Source of the DNA: an uncultured Actinomycetota bacterium
Lineage (GTDB): Bacteria; Actinomycetota; Actinomycetes; JAFAQI01
Length of the DNA stretch: 64,000 bases
NCBI GenBank assembly: GCA_963770565.1
Contig: CAVYQE010000001.1
Coordinates: 128,001 to 192,000, forward strand
Direction: 5' to 3'
In this document: positions 34,604 through 46,802 of the stretch, one piece after another
Numbering within the stretch: position 1 is the stretch's first letter
How the letters are laid out: every line of letters begins with the position of its first letter
Program-made: the position numbers and the translations under genes
Notes under the pieces: model-generated
Databases searched by the model: none
Seen by the model: only the letters and a program-made list of their open reading frames with translations
Told to the model about the DNA's origin: nothing

Positions 34604-35398
34604 TCAAGCGAACTGGGCGATCGCATCTTTCAGCTTCCCATACAGCTCGTCCAGATCGTGTTCCGACGGCACGGCCATTTGTCCGTCGTTGATTTCGATG
34701 AGGATCCATTCACCCTGTTCGGTTTCGGCCAGATCGAGCGTGAAGAATGTCGTGAAGCGGGCCGCGATTTCGGCAATCCGCCCGGCCATTGCCAGGCACT
34801 CGTCGGTCATGGCCGCCTGCTGCAAGCAGTCGCCGATCGACCAATAATACCCGACGCTCAGCAAAGTCGTCTTGAAGAAGAAAAACCGCCACTCGTTCGT
34901 ATAGGGCAAGTCGTTCCGGCCCACTTCGAATGTCTTCAGCGGCACGTACTTCCGGTAGACCACTCCCTGCTCGCTGATTTCCGAATCCTCCTTGAGGCGC
35001 TGGCCGAGCGCCAAGGCCGCGGGCTTGGTCTCGGCGAACATGTGTGTCTTCCATTGCCACTTCTTCGAGCTGCGCTTCCCCTTGACGACGAATGGCCCGG
35101 CGTGCTGGCACAGATGAATGGATTCGTCGTCCCACGTTTCCGGCGTGAAGTCCTTGACTTCTCGATAGTAGTCGAAGGAAGAAATCCATGCATGCTCGGC
35201 GACGGTATTGATCAATCGGCTGCCGATCAGCCGCAGGTCGCGGTCCAACTCTTCGTAGTATGGCAGAACCGAATACCGGCCGACGACGAGCCGATCGTGG
35301 CAAGCAAGTCGGCTTTCTTCCATGCGAAAATACCGACCGGCGATTTGCCGCTCGTATTTGCTCATATGTCGGGAACGGACCAGCAGGAGTGATTCCAT
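34604..35398 (-). CDS. ATP-grasp protein, R2K clade/DUF4343-like
   Basis: DFTPETW, FVVKG..SSKK, VYRKYVPL, EWRFFF, YW, FFTLDLA, LIEINDGQ. Confidence 0.75.
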   Translation of the reverse strand: MESLLLVRSRHMSKYERQIAGRYFRMEESRLACHDRLVVGRYSVLPYYEELDRDLRLIGSRLINTVAEHAWISSFDYYREVKDFTPETWDDESIHLCQHAGPFVVKGKRSSKKWQWKTHMFAETKPAALALGQRLKEDSEISEQGVVYRKYVPLKTFEVGRNDLPYTNEWRFFFFKTTLLSVGYYWSIGDCLQQAAMTDECLAMAGRIAEIAARFTTFFTLDLAETEQGEWILIEINDGQMAVPSEHDLDELYGKLKDAIAQFA

Positions 35399-35785
35399 GG
35401 CACGCCTTTGTCTCCAAACTCGATTCCCCGACACGTCCGATTTCGGGCTCATCCGACCGAGGTGCGCACCGCCTACCGAGCGGAGGGCAATCCTCGCGCG
35501 GCTTTCGGCGGATACGGACTCCTCTTCTCTATCCACGCGTCGTGCGCGTCGGGCGGTTGCATTGACGCGGCGGTCATCGCCTTGCTCGAGCGGGCATTGT
35601 CGCGGTTCCTCCGACGGTTTGACAGCCCTGCCATCAGAGAAGAGCAACCCGTTTTCGTCGCGGCGGAGCAATCTCGGCCGGAAGAACTTGCGTTGAACGA
35701 ATCGCATGGATAGAAAAGGGGGTATTCCGGGTCTTGTGGGTTCCTCCGGCGGGCAAGTGCCAGACTGGGGGCTTCGCCCCCAGAC

Positions 35786-36759
35786 TAGGCTGTGAAAAAT
35801 GCTCGATTTGTTGCAGCGCCGGGTCCGGCGGTTTGATGGGTTTTTGTTCCGTGGCGCGATTGCCGCGCGCTTCGCAATCAACCGGAGTCGTGGTCAGGGC
35901 ATCCGTCCCGCGTAGCCTCGGGCTGCGCCTGGGCTGTGCAATCTGCGCGGTTTCGAAGTGGAATCCGAGTTCGTGTTTTGCTCGGTTTTTGCTCCGTCCA
36001 CGTACTCGCGCAATTCCGACTCCGAGGTGGCATGAAATTCATCCCGATAGGGATGGCAGACATTAGCCGGCGGTTGAGGCCGCAGGCCGACACCGCCGGT
36101 GTCGGAACGCGAAAGCTTTTCTTCGACCCCGGTAGGGGTCGTAGAGCGCTGGCACCCCTATCGGGGTGCAACAGGGATTATTCGATTTCGCGCCCGGTGG
36201 TATCGGCCTGACGGCCTCAACCACCGGCTAATGGCTGGGAACCCTACCGGGTTCCCTGAACTCCTGCCGTTCTTTCCAAAACCCGGAACAAAAAACAGCA
36301 TAAACGTCGATACGATCCCATCTCACAAACTGCGCAGCCGGGCCCCCGCCTTATATGCAGCCCATGGCATTTATGCCTGGGACCGCGTCCTCCCTGCGGT
36401 GAATCCAGTCCCCTTCCAGGGGATTTAGCCGTCTCGGGCCGGCTTTTAGCCACCGGCGCCGGAGGGTGCGCGGCCACTATCTACAAAACGGCCCAGGGCT
36501 GAAGCCGCCGAAGCGAAGCCCGCTAAAGACCGCCGCGCTTTCCTCGATCCGCGAGAATCCGTGAAATCCGCGGCAAAAAAGCCTGTTGGTTTTGCCGCGG
36601 ATTGCGCGGATTTTCGCGGATTTCCGAATCGGCAATTTGAAAAGCCGGCGGCTACTTTCGGTCTGCCGAAACAGCATCGCTCGACTACGCCGCGCATGCG
36701 AGCGGAACAAATAGCGAATAAACTTTCGAACTCTCGACGGGCCGATTTTTCATAGCCTA
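35786..36759. mobile_element. MITE family B copy 3 (974 bp composite), 9-bp TSD CCCCCAGAC
   Basis: Ends TAGGCTGTGAAAAAT / ATTTTTCATAGCCTA (14/15); identical 9-mers at 35777-35785 and 36760-36768; extra internal end at 35930. Confidence 0.9.
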
Positions 36760-36768
36760 CCCCCAGAC

Positions 36769-37068
36769 CCCCAGGATTTTCAAGGCATGGCTCAGGCGTT
36801 CAATGGAGGCGGGCAGCGCGGCAGATCGTAGACCTCCATCCCTCCAGACCGGCAAGCCGGCCTGCTGGCACTCTTCTCGTCTCGTATCCGAAACACCGCT
36901 ACACTTACCACAAGAGGGGATGCGCGAATCCCGAGGATTTTCGTGTCACCCACTCAAAACCCAGTAACAGCCGGTTTTAGGAACACTAATCGGCGCTAAT
37001 TCGCGCTGATTAGCGCTGATTAGCGCTGATTAGTGTTCCCGATCTGTCGTGCCGCCGTGCTTTCTCGC
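36769..37068. repeat. Dispersed inverted copy of the ~300-bp repeat arrayed at 57.4-58.5 kb
   Basis: CCAGACCGGCAAGCCGGCCTGCTGGCAC, CCGAAACACCGCTAC and GGAACACTAATC...GATTAGTGTTCC match the reverse complement of the array units. Confidence 0.85.
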
Positions 37069-37499
37069 TGGCAGCGCGCTGCGACCCCTGCCGGGGTCGG
37101 AGCTAGGCCATCCCATCTCGACCGGCGGTGTCAGCCGTTGGCTGAAACCGCCGGCTACCGTCTTTCATTCCAGTCGGGATGCTCGTGATCGTGAACCGTC
37201 GTGTCAGCCAGCAGGAATCTGCCGAAACCAAAACGCACGGAGAGTGCCGAGCGCAGCCGGCATTGCCACCGGCGGGCTGTGCGCAAGCCAAGGCGATCCT
37301 ATTCGTGAAAAAAATCACGAATTTGGCGGCCCGCACGTTGACTCCCCGGAATGCCTGGATTAGATTGGGCACGTCTCGGGCTGAGAACTCCGCAATTCGG
37401 CAACTGCGGCGGCTTGCTGCGTAGCCGCACGGCTTGCTGCGTAGCCGCAGGGAGGGGGCGGCAACGCCCTGAAAACCGACGAGCAAGGCGGTTCGCAAC

Positions 37500-37760
37500 G
37501 TGCCGACCTCGAACGATAAATCGCCACTTGCCGCGGCAGCGCAGTGGGTAGGGCGGATCGTCGCCGTGGGGCTGGAGATGGTGCTGCCGGGTGTGGCCGG
37601 CAAATGGCTCGACGAGCGGTGGGGAACGAGTCCGTTGTTGACTCTGGGGGGATTTGTCCTGGGAATGGTCGGCGGTGTGTGGCATCTCCTGCTCATGACG
37701 GCAGCCGAAAACAAAAATAAACAGCCGCGGCGGCCGCCCGACGACTCGCGGCCCGACTGA
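37500..37760 (+). CDS. AtpZ/AtpI-family small membrane protein
   Basis: EMVLPGVAGKWLDERWGTSP, two TM segments, first gene of the atp operon. Confidence 0.8.
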   Translation: MPTSNDKSPLAAAAQWVGRIVAVGLEMVLPGVAGKWLDERWGTSPLLTLGGFVLGMVGGVWHLLLMTAAENKNKQPRRPPDDSRPD

Positions 37761-37894
37761 TCCGCGATTTCACCATCACCCGACCCCGGATTTCACCCGG
37801 CCCCTAATTTCACCGGCGCGGCCGATCGGCCCAGCCGACTTCGCCAATCTACTCCCAAACCCTATCGAGATTGCCGACGATGAGGCTCGAGTTC

Positions 37895-38359
37895 GTGAGC
37901 GATCCCCTGAGCGTCCCACCGCCCGAGGCGGCCGCGCCCGCCGCTGGGCCTGGGTCGCGCTTGCGCGGCCCTAACGGTCGTGATGGCGGCGGCCTATCCC
38001 GTCGTCGCACTCGTCGGCTCGCGAATCACCAGCGCTCCGGTATGGGGAGCCGCGGCATTGGCGGCGGCCATCTGCTGGTTTGCCGCCGCCTTGGCGCTGG
38101 TATTGTTTCACCTGTTTCAGCGGGCCGGCAATCCGCTTTCCGGCGCACTGGTCGGAATGCTCGTTCGCTTCGGGATTCCGCTGGGCGCGGGGCTCGTGGC
38201 GACGGTTGCCGGGGGACCGCTGAGAGAGGGAGGGTTCATCGAGTTTATCCTGGTGTTCTATTTCGTCGGCTTGGCGACCGAAACGGTGCTGTCGCTGGCG
38301 ATGTCGCGGCTGAAAACTCGGCCGGGCCGGCCCGCGCGGAGGGATCGCGCCATGGCTGA
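37895..38359 (+). CDS. AtpI-like 4-TM membrane protein (frameshifted; boundaries approximate)
   Basis: Hydrophobic ORF with GMLVRFGIPL and FYFVGLATETVL, between the atpZ-like gene and atpB. Confidence 0.55.
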   Translation: MSDPLSVPPPEAAAPAAGPGSRLRGPNGRDGGGLSRRRTRRLANHQRSGMGSRGIGGGHLLVCRRLGAGIVSPVSAGRQSAFRRTGRNARSLRDSAGRGARGDGCRGTAERGRVHRVYPGVLFRRLGDRNGAVAGDVAAENSAGPARAEGSRHG

Positions 38360-39299
38360 CTCGATGCTGCATATCAAGGACAGCTACTTCTTCGAGGTGC
38401 CGAAGTTCATGTGGCACCACCATTGGACGAGCCTCGACCAGGTGCCGCATTATCTTACCGCGGCCCGTCCGGGTGTCACGAACGTCGAAAAGTGGAATGA
38501 GGCGATGGCGGGCAAGATTCTGATCCCGCAGCCGTTTGGGACGCTCAAAAATTTAACCGACGAACGCGGATGCGGATTTTGCATTTCGAAGTTCATGATT
38601 TTGGAACTCGTCGCGGCGATTGTGTTGGTCGCGGTGTTCGTGCGGCTTGGCGCAGCAAGATTCGCATGGGAGCGGGCGCCGCGGGGCGGGCTTTGGAATA
38701 TGGCTCGAGGCGTTCTTGGATACTTGCGCGACGACGTCGCGCGGCCGGCGATCGGCAAGCCATGACGCCGACCGGTTCGTGCCCTTGTTGTGGACCGTGT
38801 TCCTGTTCATCTTGTGTTTGCAATCTGTGCGGCATGGTGCCGTGGGCCGGGTCGCCGACGGGTTCGATCGCGGTGACATTGGCGTTGGCGATGATCATGC
38901 TGTTCGACGGTTCTGATGTCGGGCATGCGGCGTTTCGGCCCTTTCGGCTATTTTCTCAATCTCGTGCCCAAGCTGGATTTGCCGCTGCCGGTGCGTCTGC
39001 CGATCCAAAGTGGGGTGTTGGTGATCGAAGTGGCGGCTTGGTTATTCGGCATTGCGTGTTGGCGATTCGTCTGTTGGCCAACATGGTGGCGGGTCACTTG
39101 GTGCTGTTGGCGATCCTGGGGATGATTGCTGTCATCGCGGCAAAAACGAGCGACGACGGAATGGAATCTGGTGACGCTCATCGCCGTGATCGGCTCGGCG
39201 GTGTTGAGTTTGTTGGAGTTGTTCGTGGCGTTCTTGCAGGCCTATGTGTTTACATTTTTATCGGCCCTGTTCATCGGTGCGGCGATTCATCATCACTGA
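38352..39299 (+). CDS. atpB: ATP synthase F0 subunit a (frameshifted)
   Basis: ISKFMILEL, YLRDDVARPAIG, LAIRLLANMVAGH, LELFVAFLQAYVFTFLS. Confidence 0.92.
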
Positions 39300-39395
39300 T
39301 CGTTCGTTCTGCTCTGCGACGGCCGAAATCGGCGGCCAGGCAGCGGGGGATTTCATTTTTCTGTCAACGTCTTTTGCGAGAAGGAGAGTAATCCA

Positions 39396-39704
39396 GTGAG
39401 CAAATTAGTTCAGATTGTCGTCACGGCATTGGCTTCGGTGCTGATCATGGCGGTGACTCCCGCCATGGGCGCCGATGGCAGCGCCGTCAGCTTCAGTGGA
39501 GCGATCGGGGCGGGATTGGTCGTGATCGGCGGCGGCTTCGGCATTGGCAAGCTGGCCGGAGCGGCGATGGAAGGCATGGCCCGCCAGCCGGAAGTCGCCG
39601 GACAGATTCAGACCGGCATGATCATCGCGGCCGCTTTGATCGAGGGCTTCACGTTTTTTGCGTTGTACATCTGCATGACTCAGAATCCGTGGGCGGTCCA
39701 TTAA
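39396..39704 (+). CDS. atpE: ATP synthase F0 subunit c
   Basis: GAGLVVIGGGFGIG, MARQPE, AALIEGFTFFAL. Confidence 0.97.
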   Translation: MSKLVQIVVTALASVLIMAVTPAMGADGSAVSFSGAIGAGLVVIGGGFGIGKLAGAAMEGMARQPEVAGQIQTGMIIAAALIEGFTFFALYICMTQNPWAVH

Positions 39705-39728
39705 CGCCCGCTAAGAGCGAGAACTCAC

Positions 39729-40436
39729 GTGAACCGTTTCCAATTGCTACGTTTCGTCCCTATCGTTCTTGGGTTGCTCGCGGTCGCTTATGCGCTGCCT
39801 GCCCGATCGGCCGATCGACGCCCGCGTCCGGCAAGCAAACGGCGAAGGCGGAGAAGCCCTCGACGACAGCCGCTCCCGCAGCGGCAAACGAGCAGGAACT
39901 CGGCGGCACCGGGGAAAGTCGCTGGTCCCGACGAGTTCAGTCAGAAGGAAGTTGATTTGGCCGTCTACACGGCCGTCGTGTTCTTCATTCTCTTGGCGAT
40001 CCTCTGGAAATTCGCCTGGGGACCGATCGTCACGGGTTTGGAGAAACGCGAGCAAGGGATTGCCGACAACATCGCCGCGGCGCAGAAGTCGGCCGACGAC
40101 GCCAAGCTCATGTTGGCCGACTACGATCGCAAGTTGGCGGGGGCGGCGGACCAGATTCGGGTGATGATGGACGAAGCCCGCAAGGAGGGCGAGCAGGCCA
40201 AGGCGCAAATCGTCGCCGAGGCCAAGGAGGCCGCTAAGCAGGAATTCGACCGCAGCCGGCGCGAGTTGCAGCGGGCAACCGATCAGGCGCTCAAGGAATT
40301 ATCCGAGCGAGCGACGAATCTGGCGGTCGATTTGGCCAGCAAGATCGTGAGGGCGCAGCTTAAGTCGCAGGATCATACCCGGTTGGTGCAGGAAGCCATG
40401 GCCGAATTTGCGGCGCGGAGTCCCAGCAGCAATTGA
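39729..40436 (+). CDS. atpF: ATP synthase F0 subunit b
   Basis: FFILLAILWKFAWGPIVTGLEKRE followed by a coiled coil. Confidence 0.93.
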   Translation: MNRFQLLRFVPIVLGLLAVAYALPARSADRRPRPASKRRRRRSPRRQPLPQRQTSRNSAAPGKVAGPDEFSQKEVDLAVYTAVVFFILLAILWKFAWGPIVTGLEKREQGIADNIAAAQKSADDAKLMLADYDRKLAGAADQIRVMMDEARKEGEQAKAQIVAEAKEAAKQEFDRSRRELQRATDQALKELSERATNLAVDLASKIVRAQLKSQDHTRLVQEAMAEFAARSPSSN

Positions 40437-40454
40437 TTGTGAGGCGGAATCTGG

Positions 40455-41150
40455 TTGACTGAAGATGAGCGAGATTTTTATGTAGCCCAGGCAAACCAAG
40501 CGATGCCCCCAGCCAACGTCATCAAACGCACCTTTTCCAATCGCCACGTCAACGTGGGCGCCAAGCAAGTGGCGACCGTGTATGCCCGCGCTGGGAGAGG
40601 CGGCGGCGGCGGCGGGAAAGGTCGACGCGACTTTGGCCGAATTCGATAGCTTCATGGCCGACGTGCTCGGCGGAGTGCCGAAGCTCGAAATGGTGCTCAG
40701 TTCGGCGATGGTGGGATTCGAGGCGAAAAACGCCTTGCTCGACAAGCGCGCTCGGCTCTCAGGCTTCGCCGCTGTTTCTGAATTTCCTCAAGGTCGTCTC
40801 GCGCCATGGCCGGCTCGATATTCTCCGCGCAATTCACTTGGCGGCCCACGACCTGTTCGACAAGATGCGGAACATCGTGCGGGTGTATGTCGTTTCGGCC
40901 TCCGCTTTGGAAGAGTCCGTCAAGCGGCAGGTGACCGATTCGGCAAAAAAAATGCTCGGGCGAGAGGCCCGTTCTGGAGACTGAAAGTTGGCCGGAACTC
41001 GTCGGCGGCATGATGATGCGCGTCGGCGACACGGTCTACGACGGCTCGATCTCCACCCGCCTCGAAACAATTCGTCAAAAGATGATCGACAGGAGCGTCC
41101 ATGAGATTCAAAGCCGACGAGATCGCTTCAGTTCTCCAGAAGGAAATTGA
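40455..41150 (+). CDS. atpH: ATP synthase F1 subunit delta (frameshifted)
   Basis: [38 protein letters not shown]; last frame ends at TGA 41148-41150. Confidence 0.85.
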
Positions 41151-42632
41151 ACATTACGAGTCCCAGATCGACGTCCGCGAGGTCGGGCGCGTCTTGGAGG
41201 TCGGCGACGGCATTGCGCGCGTCTACGGCCTGTCCGGCGTGATGGCCGGCGAAATGGTCGAGTTTCCCAACGGCATGATCGGCCTGGCCTTCAACCTCGA
41301 AGAGAACTCGGTCGGCGTGATCATCCTCGGCGATTTCTTGCAAATCAACGAAGGGGACGAGGTCAAGAGCACCGGCCAGCTGTTGAGCGTGCCGGTCGGC
41401 GACGCCGTGATCGGCCGCGTGGTCGATCCGCTGGGCAACCCGCTCGACGGCAAGGGCCCGATCGTCACCAGCGAGCGCCGGCCCGGTCGAGAGCATGGCT
41501 CCCGGCGTCGTCGCAGCGGCAGCCGGTCCGCGAGCCGCTGCAAACCGGCATCAAGGCCATCGACGCCATGACCCCCATCGGCCGCGGCCAGCGCGAGTTG
41601 ATCATCGGCGACCGCAAGACGGGCAAGACGGCCATCGGCATCGACGCGATCATCAATCAGAAGGATTCCGGCGTGAAGTGCTTCTACGTCGCCGTCGGCC
41701 AGAAGGACTCGACCGTGGCCAACGTGATCGAGGCCCTGCGGCAAGCACGGGGCGATGGACTACACGACCGTGGTCGTGGCCGGGGCCAGTTCGCCCGCCC
41801 CGCTGCAATACGTCGCCCCCTATGCGGGCACCGCGATGGCCGAGCATTTCATGTACAACGGCGGCCATGCCCTGATCGTATACGACGACTTGTCGAAGCA
41901 GGCCCAGGCCTATCGCCAGTTGTCGCTCTTGATGCGGCGCCCGCCGGGCCGCGAGGCCTATCCGGGCGACGTGTTTTATGCCCACAGCCGGCTGCTCGAG
42001 CGGTCGGCCAAGCTCAGCGCCGAGCTCGGCGGCGGCTCGCTCACGTCGCTGCCGATCATCGAAACGCTCGAAGGCGAAGTGTCGGCCTATATTCCGACGA
42101 ACGTGATCTCGATCACCGACGGGCAGATTTATTTGCAGCCCGACCTGTTCTTCCGCGGCCAGCGACCGGCCATGAACGTGGGCATTTCGGTGTCGCGCGT
42201 CGGCGGGGCGGCCCAGATCAAGGCGATGAAGAAGAGTGGCCGGCGGCTTGCGGCTCGACCTGGCCGCGTTCCGCGAGTTGGAAGCGTTTGCCCAGTTGGG
42301 CACCGAACTCGACGCCGGCCACGCAGGGCCGGCTCGATCGCGGCTATCGGATGGTCGAAATGCTCAAGCAGGGGCAGTACTGCGCCGATGGACGTGATCG
42401 ACGAGGTGCTGATGATCTTCGCCGGCACGCGCGGCTATTTGGACAACGTCCCGCTCGAATCGCGTGGCCGAATGGGAGCACGACTTTCTTGAATTTCATG
42501 CGCGATCAGAAGCCGGCGAATCCGCAACAAGATCGTCGAGACGAAGGATCTCGACGACGCCACGATGCCAAGGAATTGGCCGCCGCAATCGGCGAATTCA
42601 AGGCGCAGTTTGCGACGAAGGCGAAGAAGTGA
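41101..42632 (+). CDS. atpA: ATP synthase F1 subunit alpha (frameshifted)
   Basis: [45 protein letters not shown]. Confidence 0.98.
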
Positions 42633-42798
42633 ATGACTAATGTCTAATGACGATTGACTAAAGGATGACGAAGCAAGAATGACCAATGGCAAGTGGTAGA
42701 TCGAACTCCGCACGAGCCTGCGGAACAAGGAATCGCGATAACGACCCCCGACCCCCGACCCCCGACCCCTGACCACCCCGACCCCCGACCCCTGACCC

Positions 42799-43731
42799 AT
42801 GGCCAAAGCCCGCGCCCTCGACAGACGCCGCAAGTCGATCCGCAACATCCGCAAGATCACGCGGACGATGGAGCTGATCGCGACTGCGCGCTTCAAGAAG
42901 GCGATGGACCGCGCCTACGCCGCCACCGCCTACACCCGGCGCATCACGCAATTGGTCGCCGATCTGGCCCACAGCGGACTGGAAGTCAGCCATCCGCTGC
43001 TTGGAAGGGCGCGAGAAGACCGAGCGGGCGATCTGCTGGTGCTCACCGGCAATCGCGGCCTGTGCGGCGGCTACAATTCGAATGTCGTCCGTATGGCCAA
43101 TGCCCGATTCACCGAACTCAAAGCCACCGTGCCGCAGCGTGCAGATGGAAATCTCCGGCAAGCGGGGCATCTCGGCCTTTCGCTATCGCGGCGTCACGCC
43201 GACGGAAAAGTACACGACGTTCGAGGACAAGGTCACGTTCGCCGAAGTCGATGTCCTGGCCAAGCGTTATCTGGAAGCTTACATCGCCGGCACAGCTCGA
43301 CCGGCTCGACGTGGCCTACACGCGGTTCGAAAGCATCAGCAAGCAAATGGCCGTCGTCGAGACGCTGCTGCCGCTGGGCTCGCTCGCCGGGGCCGATGCA
43401 CCCCGGCCGGCGACAACGATGGCGGTGGATCGGAACAGCGGCAAACAGGCCGCAGCATCCGGCATCCAGTCGCAATACGAGTTTTTGCCTTCGGCCGCGA
43501 GCATCCTCGAAGAGGTCGTGCCGACGAGCTTCAAGGTCAAGCTGTTCAAGTGCTTTCTCGACTGCGGCCGTCAGCGAGCAGATCGCCCGCATGGTGGCCA
43601 TGAAATCGGCCACCGAAAACGCCGACAAGATGATCAAGAGCCTGAGCCGCGCCTACAACCGGGCCCGGCAAAGCCAGATCACCGGCGAAATCATGGAAGT
43701 GCTCGGCGGCGTCGAGGCGCTGAAGGGATAA
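42799..43731 (+). CDS. atpG: ATP synthase F1 subunit gamma (frameshifted)
   Basis: IRKITRTMELIA, RGLCGGYN, RMVAMKSATENA, YNRARQSQITGEI. Confidence 0.97.
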   Translation: MAKARALDRRRKSIRNIRKITRTMELIATARFKKAMDRAYAATAYTRRITQLVADLAHSGLEVSHPLLGRAREDRAGDLLVLTGNRGLCGGYNSNVVRMANARFTELKATVPQRADGNLRQAGHLGLSLSRRHADGKVHDVRGQGHVRRSRCPGQALSGSLHRRHSSTGSTWPTRGSKASASKWPSSRRCCRWARSPGPMHPGRRQRWRWIGTAANRPQHPASSRNTSFCLRPRASSKRSCRRASRSSCSSAFSTAAVSEQIARMVAMKSATENADKMIKSLSRAYNRARQSQITGEIMEVLGGVEALKG

Positions 43732-43792
43732 GGATGAAGGCGGAAGGATGAACGGATAGGGGCAACTCGGCAACTGACAATCGACAAGCTGA

Positions 43793-45307
<1,515 letters not shown>

Positions 45308-45407
45308 GGCGGAAGGATGAAGGACGAGAGATGAAGGACGAGGGACGAGGGACGAGGGATAAGCGAACTGGCACTTTTGGCGGCGCGTCGGGCGCCGATT
45401 GATGTTT

Positions 45408-45839
45408 ATGGCTGAGAAGCACGATCGCGGCACGCCCGGCCGGCTCGAATGCAGCGTCGTCACTCCCGAGGCGAGCGCGCTGGAGACGACGGCCGATTTC
45501 ATTGCCTTGCCGCTCTATGACGGCGAGATCGGCATCGCCCCCGCCCATAGCCCGTTCATCGGCCGGCTGGGATACGGCGAGATTGCGGGTCGTCGATGGC
45601 GACCGGACGGAGCGCTACTATGTCGAACGGCGGTTTCGTCCAAGTGGCGCAACAACGTCGTCTCGGTGCTGACGAATTACTCCACTCCCGCCGGGCAACT
45701 CGACTCTCAAGCGGCCCGCGCGCAGTTGGCCACGGCGCGGGCCGGCAAGGCGAATTCGCCCGAATTGTTGGCCGAGCGCGCGCGGGCCGAATTGCAAGCC
45801 CGCGCGAAATTGCGATTGGCCGAGAAGGCCGGCCGCTAG
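45408..45839 (+). CDS. atpC: ATP synthase F1 subunit epsilon (frameshifted)
   Basis: SVVTPE, DGEIGIAPAHSP, GGFVQV. Confidence 0.93.
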   Translation: MAEKHDRGTPGRLECSVVTPEASALETTADFIALPLYDGEIGIAPAHSPFIGRLGYGEIAGRRWRPDGALLCRTAVSSKWRNNVVSVLTNYSTPAGQLDSQAARAQLATARAGKANSPELLAERARAELQARAKLRLAEKAGR

Positions 45840-46770
45840 GAGCCTGTCCGAGAACCGGCTTATCTTCCGGCGGCCGTTGCCAAAAGGGGGTCGGGAGTCG
45901 ATTTCGCCATGCAGCCGGTTCGCACTACGGAGCGTTCAGCCGGCGAAATCGACTCCCGACCCCTTTCGCGGCGACCATCTCCCGCCGCGGCCGGTTCGTG
46001 GACAGCCTCCTAGCTAGCGCCCGTCGCGGCCCGCCAACCCCACTCGCACTCACGTAGCGGTGGCTTCCAGCCGCCGTGATACTCCGCGATCCGGGAGCCT
46101 GTCCGAGAACCGCCATATCTTCGGCGGGCGTTGCCAAAAGGGGGTCGGGAGTCGATTTCGCCATGACGCCGGTTGGCACTACGGGTCGTTCAGCGGGCGA
46201 AATCGACTCCCGACCCCTTTCGCGGCGACCATCTCGCGCAGCGGCCGGTTCGTGGACAGACTCCTCGCGCCCGTCGCGGCCCGCCAACCCCACTCGCACT
46301 TACGTAGCGGTGGCTTCCAGCCGCCGTGATACTCCGCGATCCGGGAGCCTGTCCGAGAACCGCCATATCTTCGGTGGGCGTTGCCAAAAGGGGGTCGGGA
46401 GTCGATTTCGCCATGCAGCCGGTTCGCACTACGGGTCGTTCAGCGGGCGAAATCGACTCCCGACCCCTTTCGCGGCGACCATCTCCCGCCGCGGCCGGTT
46501 CGTGGACAGCCTCCTAGCTACGCGCCCGTCGCGGCCCGCCAACCCCACTCGCACTCACGTAGCGGTGGCTTCCAGCCGCCGTGATACTCCGCGATCCGGG
46601 AGCCTGTCCGAGAACCGCCATATCTTCGGCGGGCGTTGCCAAAAGGGGGTCGGGAGTCGATTTCGCCATGACGCCGGTTGGCACTACGGGTCGTTCAGCG
46701 GGCGAAATCGACTCCCGACCCCTTTTCGCGGCGAGCATCCCCTCGACGCGGCCGGTTCGTGGACAGCCTC
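45840..46770. repeat. Tandem array of four MITE family A copies with an ~85-bp linker
   Basis: Units start at 45840, 46095, 46345, 46600 (periods 255/250/255); first unit is CTAG|GAGCCTGTCC...GGACAGCCTC|CTAG. Confidence 0.92.
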
Positions 46771-46802
46771 CTGGCCGACTCTCTCGCTTGCGCAGTCACG
46801 GC

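Noticed and set aside
37980-38765. Apparent fusion of the AtpI-like protein to AtpB
   Set aside because: An ATGGCTGA start/stop overlap at 38352-38359 and nearby frameshifts suggest two genes joined by an indel error.
45840-46770. Palindromic arms with ~33-nt inserts as a CRISPR repeat-spacer array
   Set aside because: The arms are inverted rather than direct, and the inserts are homologous to one another rather than unique spacers.
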